IMG/VR virus record: IMGVR_UViG_3300045988_130116
DNA length: 64,000 bases
Source: a virus
Reading direction: 5' to 3' (one strand)
This document shows, in pieces, positions 1 through 8,240 of the stretch (position 1 is its first letter; every line of letters starts with the position of its first letter). Under the pieces are notes generated by a model. That model made no database searches. It was not told the DNA's origin and was given only the letters and a program-made list of their open reading frames with translations. A program made the position numbers and the translations under genes.

Positions 1-387
1 GTACTTTAAAAGAGTGATGGCTTCACCCTGATCTACTACTCTTTTATCTTTGACATTTCCGTTACTTCTAGGTATCGTCCTAGCAGTATTAGTAGTGCAA
101 TACAATTCTCCTATCATATAAGTATACAATCTACTTAATACGGCTATTCTCTTGTTTATAGTAGCCGATTTAAGTCCTTGTTTTTCTAGTTTAGATAACC
201 ATTTTATGGAGTATTCACTACTTCTTATTTTGGCTATATTCTCAAATGTAGCCTTTTCTGTATCTCCTTCAAACATATAATCTATCATTTCTTCTAGTAT
301 TGCTTTATAAGAAGATACAGTTAATTTCTGATTAGCACCTTGAATTTCTGTAAGATATTCTAAGAATAAATTTAAATCTTTATTCAT
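1..387 (-). CDS. tyrosine recombinase / integrase, N-terminal part (gene continues beyond the left window edge)
   Basis: Own minus-strand translation from the ATG at complement 385-387, with a GGAGGGG RBS upstream: MNKDLNLFLEYLTEIQGANQKLTVSSYKAILEEM...GLKSATINKRIAVLSRLYTYMI. The pattern resembles the SAM-like core-binding domain of XerC/D-type integrases. It is absent from the ORF track because there is no stop inside the window. Confidence 0.5.
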   Translation of the reverse strand, partial: MNKDLNLFLEYLTEIQGANQKLTVSSYKAILEEMIDYMFEGDTEKATFENIAKIRSSEYSIKWLSKLEKQGLKSATINKRIAVLSRLYTYMIGELYCTTNTARTIPRSNGNVKDKRVVDQGEAITLLKY

Positions 388-388
388 A

Positions 389-739
389 TTAACCCCTCCT
401 AATATCATTAATAAACATTACTGTTTTTCCGTCTCTTAAACATCTATTAAAGAGACTTCTATATCTTTTTAATTTTTTGTCATTCTTGTAACGATTTAAC
501 TCTAGTAAAGTTTTATTAACACTTTTTACATGGTTGTCAAACTCTTCTTCTGATTCTTCTATATAAAGTCTATCCTTTTCACTTCTAAGATTCAACATCT
601 TAATCTCTCCAATATATTCTTTGCATAATTGTTCTAATGCCTTTTCTGATTCTAAACTTGTAAGTCTATTTACTCCCCATGCAGATAAATATAATTCATG
701 TTTATCTGATATAAACACATTGTCTGTAATAAAAATCAT
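389..739 (-). CDS. hypothetical early protein (116 aa)
   Basis: ORF track. GGAGGGG RBS. Its start overlaps the stop of the upstream ORF (736-739). Confidence 0.75.
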   Translation of the reverse strand: MIFITDNVFISDKHELYLSAWGVNRLTSLESEKALEQLCKEYIGEIKMLNLRSEKDRLYIEESEEEFDNHVKSVNKTLLELNRYKNDKKLKRYRSLFNRCLRDGKTVMFINDIRRG

Positions 740-1035
740 ATTAACCCCTCCTTTATTTCTATTCTTTGAAGTTTTACAATGTGTATTTTGCTATAAGTTT
801 CCAGTGTTTGCTTTAATTGAAAATTGTTCCTAGTATTAATAAGTATTTCTGATATCTTATTAGGAGAGTCTGAATCTTCTTGAGACACTCTTCTTATCTC
901 TTCTTTAAATATTTCTTTTGCTTTTTTATAAGTATCACTAGGCTCTAACGTAACCACCTCTATAGAGGATACTTTGTAATCGTTATACCAGTCAAATTTT
1001 ATTAAAGTATCTACAGTCACTTTATATATTTTCAT
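736..1035 (-). CDS. hypothetical early protein (99 aa)
   Basis: ORF track. RBS GAAGGAG. Consensus promoter at 1069-1097 directly upstream. Confidence 0.8.
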   Translation of the reverse strand: MKIYKVTVDTLIKFDWYNDYKVSSIEVVTLEPSDTYKKAKEIFKEEIRRVSQEDSDSPNKISEILINTRNNFQLKQTLETYSKIHIVKLQRIEIKEGLI

Positions 1036-1068
1036 ATTATCAACTCCTTCATTTCTTATTATATTTAT

Positions 1069-1097
1069 ATTGTATCATATTATCAGACTGTTGTCAA
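1069..1097 (-). promoter_or_regulatory. consensus sigma-70-type early promoter (TTGACA-17-TACAAT)
   Basis: Complement reads TTGACAacagtctgataatatgaTACAAT, with TG at -15/-14. Sits 34 nt upstream of ATG 1035. Confidence 0.75.
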
Positions 1098-1103
1098 GTG
1101 TTT

Positions 1104-1149
1104 TAATAAAAAAATAAAAAAAATCTAGCATATTAAATACACTAGATTT
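1104..1149 (-). terminator. rho-independent terminator
   Basis: Stem AAATCTAG/CTAGATTT (1121-1149) followed on the minus strand by a long T run (plus-strand A run 1104-1123). Confidence 0.7.
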
Positions 1150-1157
1150 CTTGTAGA

Positions 1158-1523
1158 TTATCCTCTTAATACAACATCAAACAAATCTGTTAAAGGCTTA
1201 TCGTTTAAACCTAACTTAGTCACTTCTTTGAATAGAGGTATAAATTGTTCTAATATAGACTCTTTACTATCTTTATCTTCAATAGAGTATTCTATATTAG
1301 ATAATCCGTCTACTAATACAACTGTATTCTTACCCTCAACCTCTGCATATTCATCATAACAGTTGTCTATTGCCTCTCTAAAACTATTCTCAAAAGCTTT
1401 AGATTGAAGTTCTTGTGTTACTAGTGTCCTTTTAGTTTCTTCTGTCTCATGAACTGCTACAGCTCCGAAAAGACATATTAAACATATTGTTATCCCCATT
1501 ACTGCAAAATATTTATTAATCAT
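1158..1523 (-). CDS. small membrane-anchored or secreted protein (121 aa)
   Basis: ORF track. N-terminal hydrophobic helix FAVMGITICLICLFGAVAV. RBS AAGGAG. Followed by the terminator at 1104-1149. Confidence 0.75.
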   Translation of the reverse strand: MINKYFAVMGITICLICLFGAVAVHETEETKRTLVTQELQSKAFENSFREAIDNCYDEYAEVEGKNTVVLVDGLSNIEYSIEDKDSKESILEQFIPLFKEVTKLGLNDKPLTDLFDVVLRG

Positions 1524-1536
1524 ATTCCCATCTCCT

Positions 1537-1881
1537 TTAGTCTTCTAACATAAAATTTATTTCTGATATTGCCCACTCATAGCCAAACCATGCTATTTTA
1601 TTTGTATCTAATTCTAACAATCTTGATTCTTCTTGTATGGATTCATTTAATACATTGAATATTTCATCCATATGTTCTATAAAGAATTTCTTTGTGTCAG
1701 TGTAGTATATAAGGCTTGTCACGATACCACTGGAGCACCCATACGTTAAAACATCTCGAATATATAATTTAGTCTCTTCTTCCCCTTCGTCTTTTATTTT
1801 ATCAAGAAGTTCTCTAACAACCTCTTTTAGTAAAACACTATCAGTCTCTTTTAATATTTTATTTAATTTTTCTTTTAACAT
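1537..1881 (-). CDS. hypothetical early protein (114 aa)
   Basis: ORF track. RBS AAGGGG. Tightly packed in the leftward operon. Confidence 0.75.
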   Translation of the reverse strand: MLKEKLNKILKETDSVLLKEVVRELLDKIKDEGEEETKLYIRDVLTYGCSSGIVTSLIYYTDTKKFFIEHMDEIFNVLNESIQEESRLLELDTNKIAWFGYEWAISEINFMLED

Positions 1882-1919
1882 ATGTCAAAACCCCTTTCTT
1901 AAAACAATATCTTAACATC

Positions 1920-2249
1920 CTAATATTCTATATAATTAGGATTTATTACTTTTTGCAATTCTTCTATCATGTTTGTTAAAGTTGTTCTATTTATTCTCTT
2001 AGTACTTTCTAAATAGAACAATATTTTATTAGCACATTTAGTTCCATTTAGACAAGCTTCTTCTAAATTTCTTATTCCGTCCCAAGCTATATCTCTTTCA
2101 TATTCAACTGTTTCTACGCATTTTTCTGCTTTTCTTATAGGCTCTTCGACTGCTTTTCTTACATCATTGCCTAGATTATCTTCCACATAATCTAAAATAT
2201 CCTCTTCACCTCTAAGTACCACCAATTCATTATTAACAAATATATTCAT
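1920..2249 (-). CDS. hypothetical early protein (109 aa)
   Basis: ORF track. RBS AGGGAGG. Consensus promoter at 2285-2313. Confidence 0.8.
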   Translation of the reverse strand: MNIFVNNELVVLRGEEDILDYVEDNLGNDVRKAVEEPIRKAEKCVETVEYERDIAWDGIRNLEEACLNGTKCANKILFYLESTKRINRTTLTNMIEELQKVINPNYIEY

Positions 2250-2284
2250 ATTACCGACCTCCCTTTATTTCTTATTATACTTAT

Positions 2285-2313
2285 ATTATATCATAAAATA
2301 ATAGTGTTGTCAA
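2285..2313 (-). promoter_or_regulatory. consensus early promoter (TTGACA-17-TGaTATAAT)
   Basis: Hand-checked spacing. Drives 1920-2249, 1537-1881 and 1158-1523. Confidence 0.75.
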
Positions 2314-2318
2314 GTGTT

Positions 2319-2350
2319 TTTAGAAAATAGCTAAGAGATTTTCTTAGCTA
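2319..2350 (-). terminator. probable rho-independent terminator overlapping the stop of 2348-2668
   Basis: 9-bp stem TAGCTAAGA/TCTTAGCTA (2328-2350), then TTTTCT on the minus strand. Confidence 0.5.
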
Positions 2351-2668
2351 TCTAACTCCTATACCGTTACAGAACGGACAGTCTTCGTCTTGGTATATTC
2401 CAGTACCTTTACAAGCCTCACAACGTCTCTTAACCCCTAATCCTGTTTCATTTAGGTAATAAGTAACTCTCTTACCTATTTCTGCATTACAGTTGTAATA
2501 ACTGTATTCATTAGTCCATTTTTCTAATTCTGCTTCACTAGATATAGTTAACCATGTAGGTGACATCCAAACCCCTTTAGGGTTCATTTTAGAAGGTAGC
2601 AAACCTACCCTTACACTACCTTCTTTTTTTATTAATCTTTTTATATCTGTTTTAGTTATTTTCTTCAT
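2348..2668 (-). CDS. small protein with a DnaJ-type zinc finger (two CxxCxGxG motifs)
   Basis: C-terminus reads CEACKGTGIYQDEDCPFCNGIG. RBS AAGGGAG. Promoter at 2702-2730. Confidence 0.7.
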   Translation of the reverse strand: MKKITKTDIKRLIKKEGSVRVGLLPSKMNPKGVWMSPTWLTISSEAELEKWTNEYSYYNCNAEIGKRVTYYLNETGLGVKRRCEACKGTGIYQDEDCPFCNGIGVR

Positions 2669-2701
2669 ATTACCAACTCCCTTATTTCTTATTATATATA
2701 T

Positions 2702-2730
2702 ATTGTATCACACTTTAACAATGTTGTCAA
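2702..2730 (-). promoter_or_regulatory. consensus early promoter (TTGACA-17-TACAAT)
   Basis: Hand-checked spacing. Upstream of 2348-2668. Confidence 0.75.
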
Positions 2731-2737
2731 GGATTTT

Positions 2738-3064
2738 TTAGTATTCTTCGCTATAAATATCGTACCAAGTGTTATACGGATAATATCTTTCAAATATATG
2801 ATACTTCCAATTATACTTATAGTCCTTGCCTTTAACGTTGTCTTCTGTTATGACCATTAACTCCTGTTCTTCGTTAGAAGTAGTTATACCCATGATTCTT
2901 ATAGCTTCGCTATATCCCTTCCAGTGTCTGTCGTCTTTTATCTTAATTAACTCTATCTTCGTTACCTTGCTACATAAGCAGCCGTATTCAAACCCTAATG
3001 GTTTAGTTTTATATCTTGTTAACCTCTTGCTTAAAGCCTCGTATTCTTTTCTTATATCTAACAT
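2738..3064 (-). CDS. hypothetical early protein (108 aa)
   Basis: ORF track. RBS AGGAGGG. Promoter at 3128-3156. The 5' UTR contains a GC hairpin at 3090-3109. Confidence 0.8.
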   Translation of the reverse strand: MLDIRKEYEALSKRLTRYKTKPLGFEYGCLCSKVTKIELIKIKDDRHWKGYSEAIRIMGITTSNEEQELMVITEDNVKGKDYKYNWKYHIFERYYPYNTWYDIYSEEY

Positions 3065-3127
3065 ATTATCACCCTCCTATATTTTTATTAAGGGAAGTTG
3101 CCTTCCCTTATCTCTTACTATACTTAT

Positions 3128-3156
3128 ATTATATCATATTATAAGACTATTGTCAA
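3128..3156 (-). promoter_or_regulatory. consensus early promoter (TTGACA-17-TATAAT)
   Basis: Hand-checked spacing. Upstream of 2738-3064 and abuts the stop of 3157-3975. Confidence 0.75.
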
Positions 3157-3975
3157 CTATTTTTGAAAAAAATCTAATATTTTTTGTGAAGTTTTATTTA
3201 TAATATCTAAAGAATCTTTTAACTCTTTAAGTTCTTTGCCTCTGCTCCAACTTGCAACATAACCAAAGCTATAATCGTCTGTATTAAGTCCTAACCCTCT
3301 GCAAACTATATAAGCTATACTTTCTGCTTGAACTTCTTTAGTTCTTCTATCAATCCCATCATCAAGGTTACAATGTAATATACTATGTGCTAATTCATGG
3401 ATAATTGTTTTTAGTTTGTGAATATCGTCTAAAGATTCTTTTATATGAATATCGTTCATAAGAACATCGTAATATCCATTAGTAGAACCTTCATTTAGGC
3501 TTTTATCTATTGTTATAGCAACCTCTGTATTATTTAAAGCATAATTGATTAGGGATTTAATCTCATCACTATTCTCTTTTAATTCTGTTGCTAAAGAAGG
3601 TTTATCTCCTTCAACTTGAGTGATATCAAATACATTTCCTAATTTAAAGTATAAATGATTTTTTACCACTTCTTCTCCGTCTTCTTCTACTATTGTATTA
3701 TATTTAACTGGGCAAAGTATCTTTAAGGCTTTAGCACCCTTCTTAATCTTAAACCCTAGTCTATTCCAAGTTGTAAAACTAGCAACTTGACCTGCATTAG
3801 GATTTTGTAGCATTATTAAAATTATATTTCCATAACTGTAATTATGGAATTTGCTACAGAAGTCTAGGTATTCTTGATATTTACCACTTTCAAATACCTC
3901 TTTAACTCCACTTTCTAAATCTTGCATGAATTTATTAACCTCTTGTTTCTTTTGTCCTGTTTTTTTATATCTCAT
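3157..3975 (-). CDS. ArdC-like antirestriction protein (ssDNA-binding N-domain plus HExxH metalloprotease domain)
   Basis: N-terminal YSYGNIILIMLQNPNAGQVASFTTWNRLGFKIKKGAKALKIL resembles the ArdC N-domain. The C-terminal half has IIHELAHSILH and EVQAESIAYIV, as in the ArdC zincin domain. The call rests on remembered family motifs only. Confidence 0.6.
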   Translation of the reverse strand: MRYKKTGQKKQEVNKFMQDLESGVKEVFESGKYQEYLDFCSKFHNYSYGNIILIMLQNPNAGQVASFTTWNRLGFKIKKGAKALKILCPVKYNTIVEEDGEEVVKNHLYFKLGNVFDITQVEGDKPSLATELKENSDEIKSLINYALNNTEVAITIDKSLNEGSTNGYYDVLMNDIHIKESLDDIHKLKTIIHELAHSILHCNLDDGIDRRTKEVQAESIAYIVCRGLGLNTDDYSFGYVASWSRGKELKELKDSLDIINKTSQKILDFFQK

Positions 3976-4008
3976 ATTATCAACTCCCTTATTCTTTATT
4001 ATATTTAT

Positions 4009-4037
4009 ATTATATCATATTATAAGGTTGTTGTCAA
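4009..4037 (-). promoter_or_regulatory. consensus early promoter (TTGACA-17-TGaTATAAT)
   Basis: Complement reads TTGACAacaaccttataatatgaTATAAT. Upstream of 3157-3975. Confidence 0.8.
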
Positions 4038-4046
4038 GTGATTTTA

Positions 4047-4086
4047 GAAAAAAAATAAAAAAATATAGTGGAATAAATCCACTATA
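4047..4086 (-). terminator. rho-independent terminator
   Basis: 9-bp stem TATAGTGGA/TCCACTATA (4064-4086) followed on the minus strand by a T run (plus-strand A run 4047-4063). Confidence 0.7.
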
Positions 4087-4345
4087 CACTTAACTCTTTT
4101 ATTTTATTCTCTATTATCTGTTCTATAGGAAGACTATTATTTTTACTTATAATTGTTAATTCTATTCCTTCATTTACTACAGGTTTATTATCTATATAAG
4201 GTATAACGTATGCTTCATCATCTAAACATAAAACATATTTTATATCCTCTGACCCAAACTCTAGCCCTGTATAAAATATATCATACATGGTTATAATTTC
4301 TTCTCTTATCACTTCGTCTTTTAGCAGTTTTATATATTTATCCAT
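4082..4345 (-). CDS. hypothetical early protein (87 aa)
   Basis: ORF track. Overlaps the upstream ORF by 8 nt. Terminator at 4047-4086. Confidence 0.7.
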   Translation of the reverse strand: MDKYIKLLKDEVIREEIITMYDIFYTGLEFGSEDIKYVLCLDDEAYVIPYIDNKPVVNEGIELTIISKNNSLPIEQIIENKIKELSV

Positions 4346-4601
4346 TCTTATTCACCCCTCTTACCGTTTTTAAAGCAATACTCTCTTCATTGTCTATATC
4401 TATACCTTCTGATTTTAGAACGTCTTTAACAAGGTTCGTGCCGTTTCTAAACTTATAATCCTCAAATAAGACTTCTGCATCAACTCCTGTTATTATTCCC
4501 AGATCATTTATCATATCGTATATTAGGTTATGTAGGAACATAAGATGTTCTTGCATAGATAATTCATTCGGGAATATTATTTCCTCTTTGCACCTTATCA
4601 T
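4338..4601 (-). CDS. hypothetical early protein (87 aa)
   Basis: ORF track. RBS AAGGAGG. Promoter at 4685-4713. Confidence 0.75.
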   Translation of the reverse strand: MIRCKEEIIFPNELSMQEHLMFLHNLIYDMINDLGIITGVDAEVLFEDYKFRNGTNLVKDVLKSEGIDIDNEESIALKTVRGVNKNG

Positions 4602-4602
4602 G

Positions 4603-4668
4603 CTATTTACCTCCTTTAATAAGGTTAATTTTCTTTCTTAGATTTATTCTTTTTCTCAATTTTATCAT
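4603..4668 (-). CDS. possible 21-aa basic leader peptide (MIKLRKRINLRKKINLIKGGK)
   Basis: Own reading. ATG at complement 4666-4668 is preceded by GGAGGTAATGGT. Its last codons contain the RBS of the 4338-4601 gene. It may simply be a chance ORF in the 5' UTR. Confidence 0.25.
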   Translation of the reverse strand: MIKLRKRINLRKKINLIKGGK

Positions 4669-4684
4669 ACCATTACCTCCTTCT

Positions 4685-4713
4685 ATTTTATCACACTTTA
4701 AGGTTGTTGTCAA
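4685..4713 (-). promoter_or_regulatory. early promoter (TTGACA-17-TAAAAT)
   Basis: Hand-checked spacing. Upstream of 4338-4601 with an 83-nt leader. Confidence 0.65.
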
Positions 4714-4715
4714 CC

Positions 4716-5303
4716 CTAAAGTGTTATTATTCTTCCAGTTGCTACTTCTTTAGCAACTAAGTTAGCAGTTCTATGACAAGTAGGACGATATCTTAAAAGT
4801 AAACTCTTGTTTAGTCTATTTCTCTTAGCTACCACCTTACCACATTCGCTACATATTATATGGTATTTATAAACTGGAGCAACAGGTACATTAACTACGC
4901 TATTATTAATAGCAACGACTGGATTAGCTTCTCTGTATTTCTTCATATAGTCTGTAGTTTTAGTTCTGTTATCTCTTACTCCATACATTCTACAAAATCT
5001 CTTCCAAGTATCATTGTGTCCTACTGGTTTTCCGCAGTATATATTTGCTAATACATGAATTACTTCATGATGAATAGTATCTATAACATCGCTTTTTTCT
5101 CCGTATTCAAGATACTTTTTATTGAACGTAAACTTTACAGGCTTCCCGTTAGCATTTAGATAACTAACTTGCCCCAAAGTTCTAGTCATTCTGGAAGATA
5201 TATTTATAGGAGTATTTTTTATATACTCTAAAATCAAGTCTCTATGTTCTTCTTTCATGCTATTTACAAAATCCACCATTTCTTTTCTTATCATTTCTAC
5301 CAT
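4716..5303 (-). CDS. SprT-like zinc metalloprotease-domain protein with a C-terminal zinc ribbon
   Basis: SRMTRTLGQ...TFNKKYL...IDTIHHEVIHVLA (HExxH) and CSECGK...PTCH. The start is moved to ATG 5301-5303 (MVEMIRKEM) because the track start at 5321 would include the RBS GAGGGGG. Confidence 0.6.
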   Translation of the reverse strand: MVEMIRKEMVDFVNSMKEEHRDLILEYIKNTPINISSRMTRTLGQVSYLNANGKPVKFTFNKKYLEYGEKSDVIDTIHHEVIHVLANIYCGKPVGHNDTWKRFCRMYGVRDNRTKTTDYMKKYREANPVVAINNSVVNVPVAPVYKYHIICSECGKVVAKRNRLNKSLLLRYRPTCHRTANLVAKEVATGRIITL

Positions 5304-5337
5304 ATTATCAATCCCCCTCATTCTTTATTATACTTAT

Positions 5338-5366
5338 ATTATATCACATTATCAAAATGTTGTCAA
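5338..5366 (-). promoter_or_regulatory. consensus early promoter (TTGACA-17-TATAAT)
   Basis: Hand-checked spacing. Upstream of the SprT-like gene. Confidence 0.75.
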
Positions 5367-5419
5367 GTATTTTTTTTAATTTTTTTTGAGAATTTTTAAG
5401 ATAACCTTCGAGTCTTTTG

Positions 5420-5611
5420 TTAAAATTCTAATTTATCATTTAACCACAATTTGTAGTTTTTTACTGTAGCTAGTTTATAAGCCTCTTCCATCATTCCATC
5501 TACATCATCACCTTCTTCATCTTCATGTCTTATAAAAACTTCTTGAATTAAAAAGTCCATAAATTCCTCAAAGTCTGGTTGGCTTTGTAAGTTTTTCTTT
5601 GTTATTTTCAT
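5420..5611 (-). CDS. hypothetical acidic early protein (63 aa)
   Basis: ORF track. RBS AAGGGGG. Promoter at 5644-5672. Confidence 0.7.
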   Translation of the reverse strand: MKITKKNLQSQPDFEEFMDFLIQEVFIRHEDEEGDDVDGMMEEAYKLATVKNYKLWLNDKLEF

Positions 5612-5643
5612 TTTTAATCCCCCTTATTTTTTATTATATTTAT

Positions 5644-5672
5644 ATTATATCATATATTAATAACATTGTCAA
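5644..5672 (-). promoter_or_regulatory. consensus early promoter (TTGACA-17-TATAAT)
   Basis: Hand-checked spacing. Upstream of 5420-5611. Confidence 0.75.
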
Positions 5673-5683
5673 GTATTATTTTT

Positions 5684-5766
5684 AAAGATACTAAAATTTT
5701 TATCATTCATTTTATAAAGATACTAAAATGATTATCATTTAATAAAGTTACTAAAATAGTCATCAT
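5684..5766. repeat. three tandem ~30-nt repeats AAAG(A/T)TACTAAAAT-N3-(T)ATCAT
   Basis: Copies start at 5684, 5716 and 5744. Confidence 0.6.
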
Positions 5767-5952
5767 CTCAAACATTATTTAACTATACTTAATATATCAT
5801 CATTCTAAGTCTATTATCATTCTGTAATTTGATGTATTGTTGATATATATAGATATAATATTATTTAAGTATTTCAATATACCTAAAATACCCCCGTATT
5901 TAGATTTTAAGCATATTGTAACACTTAAACAAGTAATTACATTAATACCAAA

Positions 5953-5972
5953 GGCTATGCTTTTACATAGCC
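5953..5972 (-). terminator. probable terminator hairpin after the glutamine amidotransferase-like gene
   Basis: 7-bp stem GGCTATG/CATAGCC, then TTTGGTATT on the minus strand (a weak T tract). Confidence 0.4.
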
Positions 5973-6025
5973 CTCGATACCTGTAATTTACCGTCTCCGT
6001 TCTCTCTTGTAGTTATACTTATAAT

Positions 6026-7036
6026 CTACCATATTTTATACACCTTTTCACCAGTCATAGTAAGTCTTCTTTCATCATAGTTAACTCTGTATAACCAACA
6101 ATCGTTATCAATAACGTATTTATCTTGATAAGTGTAAAGATACATACCGCTTACTAATTCGACAAACTCATCAGTTAATGGAGTTTTATCTGCTAAAGCC
6201 TCTATGAAGTCTAATTTATCCATACGTTTATTTTCTACAAAGAAAGCTTGGAAATAGTCTTCAAAGTTATCAAAATAAAGTGCAGGGTCATCAACTATAT
6301 CGTCATAAGAAGGTGATAAATCTTTTTTTACTTTTTCAGCAGATTTATAATTAAATTTTACATATTTTTTTGTGTTTGTGTCCCAATAATATCCGTAGTC
6401 ATCATCCCATTCATGGTCATAACTATAAGGATTAGAAAAACTTTTATTATAGTAATATTTATCCCAACTTCTAGGTTCATAAGAATCGTTAGAGAATATC
6501 CAACCTTCTTCTTTTTCTATGAAGTCTCCATATAATTCTATTTCTCCATTAGATTTAAGAATACAGAATTTACCGTTGCCCTTCATTTCTTTAGCTAAAA
6601 CATCTTTATTATTAAGTCTCCATAAGCTAAATACATCATCTAATATAAATCTTTGTGTGTCACTCATTTTTTCTTCCCAAGCATATTTACCTATAATACC
6701 ATTGTGAACGATACCTGATCCACAATTTATTTCAGTTTTTCTTAATTTTTTCAATTTGTTAGTTATTGGGAATGGATGGCAAGTTTCCTTACTTATTCCA
6801 CCACTTGTTGAAATTCTAAAGTGCATTACTAAATTCTTTTCTTCAAGATGTTTATTATCCCAAAGTTCTTCTAGTCTTTCAATATATTTGTCTACATCAA
6901 AGAACCCTTTTTCTATGTGAACCTTATTATTGTCCACAAACATGAATCCTGCTCCGTCAGAATTATGAAGGAAACAGTTTTTTACATACTCTTCATTTAA
7001 TTTATACCCTTTTTCTTTTACAGCTATTATACACAT
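6026..7036 (-). CDS. class II (Ntn-type) glutamine amidotransferase-like protein with an extra C-terminal domain
   Basis: Starts MCIIAV (nucleophile Cys right after Met). Also has NSDGAGFMFV, HFRISTSGG, CHPF and IVHNGII, as in GATase_4/YafJ-type proteins. Promoter at 7080-7108, terminator at 5953-5972. Confidence 0.6.
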   Translation of the reverse strand: MCIIAVKEKGYKLNEEYVKNCFLHNSDGAGFMFVDNNKVHIEKGFFDVDKYIERLEELWDNKHLEEKNLVMHFRISTSGGISKETCHPFPITNKLKKLRKTEINCGSGIVHNGIIGKYAWEEKMSDTQRFILDDVFSLWRLNNKDVLAKEMKGNGKFCILKSNGEIELYGDFIEKEEGWIFSNDSYEPRSWDKYYYNKSFSNPYSYDHEWDDDYGYYWDTNTKKYVKFNYKSAEKVKKDLSPSYDDIVDDPALYFDNFEDYFQAFFVENKRMDKLDFIEALADKTPLTDEFVELVSGMYLYTYQDKYVIDNDCWLYRVNYDERRLTMTGEKVYKIW

Positions 7037-7079
7037 TCCACATCACTCCTTTTAATATCTCATTTCTTACTATACTTAT

Positions 7080-7108
7080 ATTATATCATAAATTAATACT
7101 GTTGTCAA
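7080..7108 (-). promoter_or_regulatory. consensus early promoter (TTGACA-17-TATAAT)
   Basis: Hand-checked spacing. Upstream of the glutamine amidotransferase-like gene. Confidence 0.75.
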
Positions 7109-7321
7109 GTGTTTTTTGATTTTTTTTAAAACTTTTTTATTTTTTTTTATTGACTTATAAATATAATATAGTATAATAATATATGTAGTAAATAACAAGT
7201 GTGCTTAATGTTTCACTTAAAGATAAAATTAATATTCCTTAAATTATATATTAAATTAATGTTACACTTGTTATTTATTTATTCTATTTATTATTGTTTA
7301 TTTTTTTTGCATTATTTTTAC

Positions 7322-7398
7322 ATAAAGTCGAAGGATTTTTTGAGTCCTCCCCTCTTTGTGCAAAATAAAGTCGAAGGATTTTTAGGGTCTTACCCCCT
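7322..7398. repeat. two direct repeats ATAAAGTCGAAGGATTTTT..(G)AG(G)TC.T.CCCCT inside the orphan transcript
   Basis: Copies at 7322-7353 and 7365-7398. Confidence 0.6.
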
Positions 7399-7410
7399 AT
7401 TCATACTTAT

Positions 7411-7439
7411 ATTGTATCATAAATTAATAGTGTTGTCAA
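7411..7439 (-). promoter_or_regulatory. orphan consensus early promoter (TTGACA-17-TACAAT) with no ORF downstream
   Basis: Same cassette as the others. The next ~300 nt leftward (7110-7410) have no RBS-ATG and contain two direct repeats. Confidence 0.65.
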
Positions 7440-7721
7440 GTGTTTTTTTATATATTCCTATGATTTTTTTATTTTCTATGGAATTGAAAAAATTTTTCTA
7501 TATGATTTTTTTATTCTTATATAGGAAAATATTTTTCTTTTTAATTGAACACTTGAACATATGTTCATATATTCAATTTTCCATATGAATATATATTCAT
7601 ATATTGTCAACCTTAATAAATAAAGTAAATTTTAAAAATACTTAATTTTATTAAAGTTCTGTATTCCATTGTAAAGAGTTATAAAAAAGAATTGATATAA
7701 TATATCATTAAGATGTTAACG

Positions 7722-8240
7722 CCTCTTAAATTGGCGTATAGAAGGTATTTTAGTTATATTCTATATTATTAAATTAAAACATTGAATTGACTTTATTTTT
7801 TAAATTGACTAGAATTATTTGAATTGTTTATACAAACGTGAATTTTCTGACAATTCAAAATACTCTTATTTCTTCTATATATATTATAACATTTTTGACC
7901 TAAAAAGTCAAGGAAAAGTTTTTGACACTATTCGACAATATTATACAAAAAAACAACCGTTCTATTTTAGCGTGTAAAAGGCTTTAAAAAGTTTTTAATA
8001 CTAATATATAGCTAATAGCTAAAACCTCTTAAATTGGCGTATAGAAGGTGTTTTAGTTATATTGGATAATTTAATATATTGTAAAATACGATATTTTATA
8101 TATGTATATTGTATACAAATATAGGTATATGCTAAAATATCCTTATATTTCAATTTTAAAGAGTTAGTATATATTAATCATATATTTATATTAAGATGTA
8201 TTTATAAGTGTCTTAAAAAGGCGTATAGAAGGTTATTATT
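7722..8240. repeat. three dispersed copies of CTTAAA(TT/AA)GGCGTATAGAAGGT...TTTTA
   Basis: 7722-7760 and 8025-8063 match at 38 of 39 positions. 8211-8240 is a shorter, diverged copy. Confidence 0.6.

Noticed and set aside
3090-3109. GC hairpin AAGGGAAG-TTGC-CTTCCCTT as a terminator
   Set aside because: It lies between a promoter and its gene on the minus strand and is followed there by an A-rich rather than T-rich tract. There is no plus-strand gene to terminate. I kept it only as a note on a 5' UTR structure.
7199-7588. 129-aa plus-strand ORF (MCLMFHLKIKLIFLK...)
   Set aside because: It is a low-complexity Leu/Phe/Ile/Lys translation of AT-rich DNA with no RBS. It runs against two consensus leftward promoters and overlaps the direct repeats, so it is most likely non-coding.
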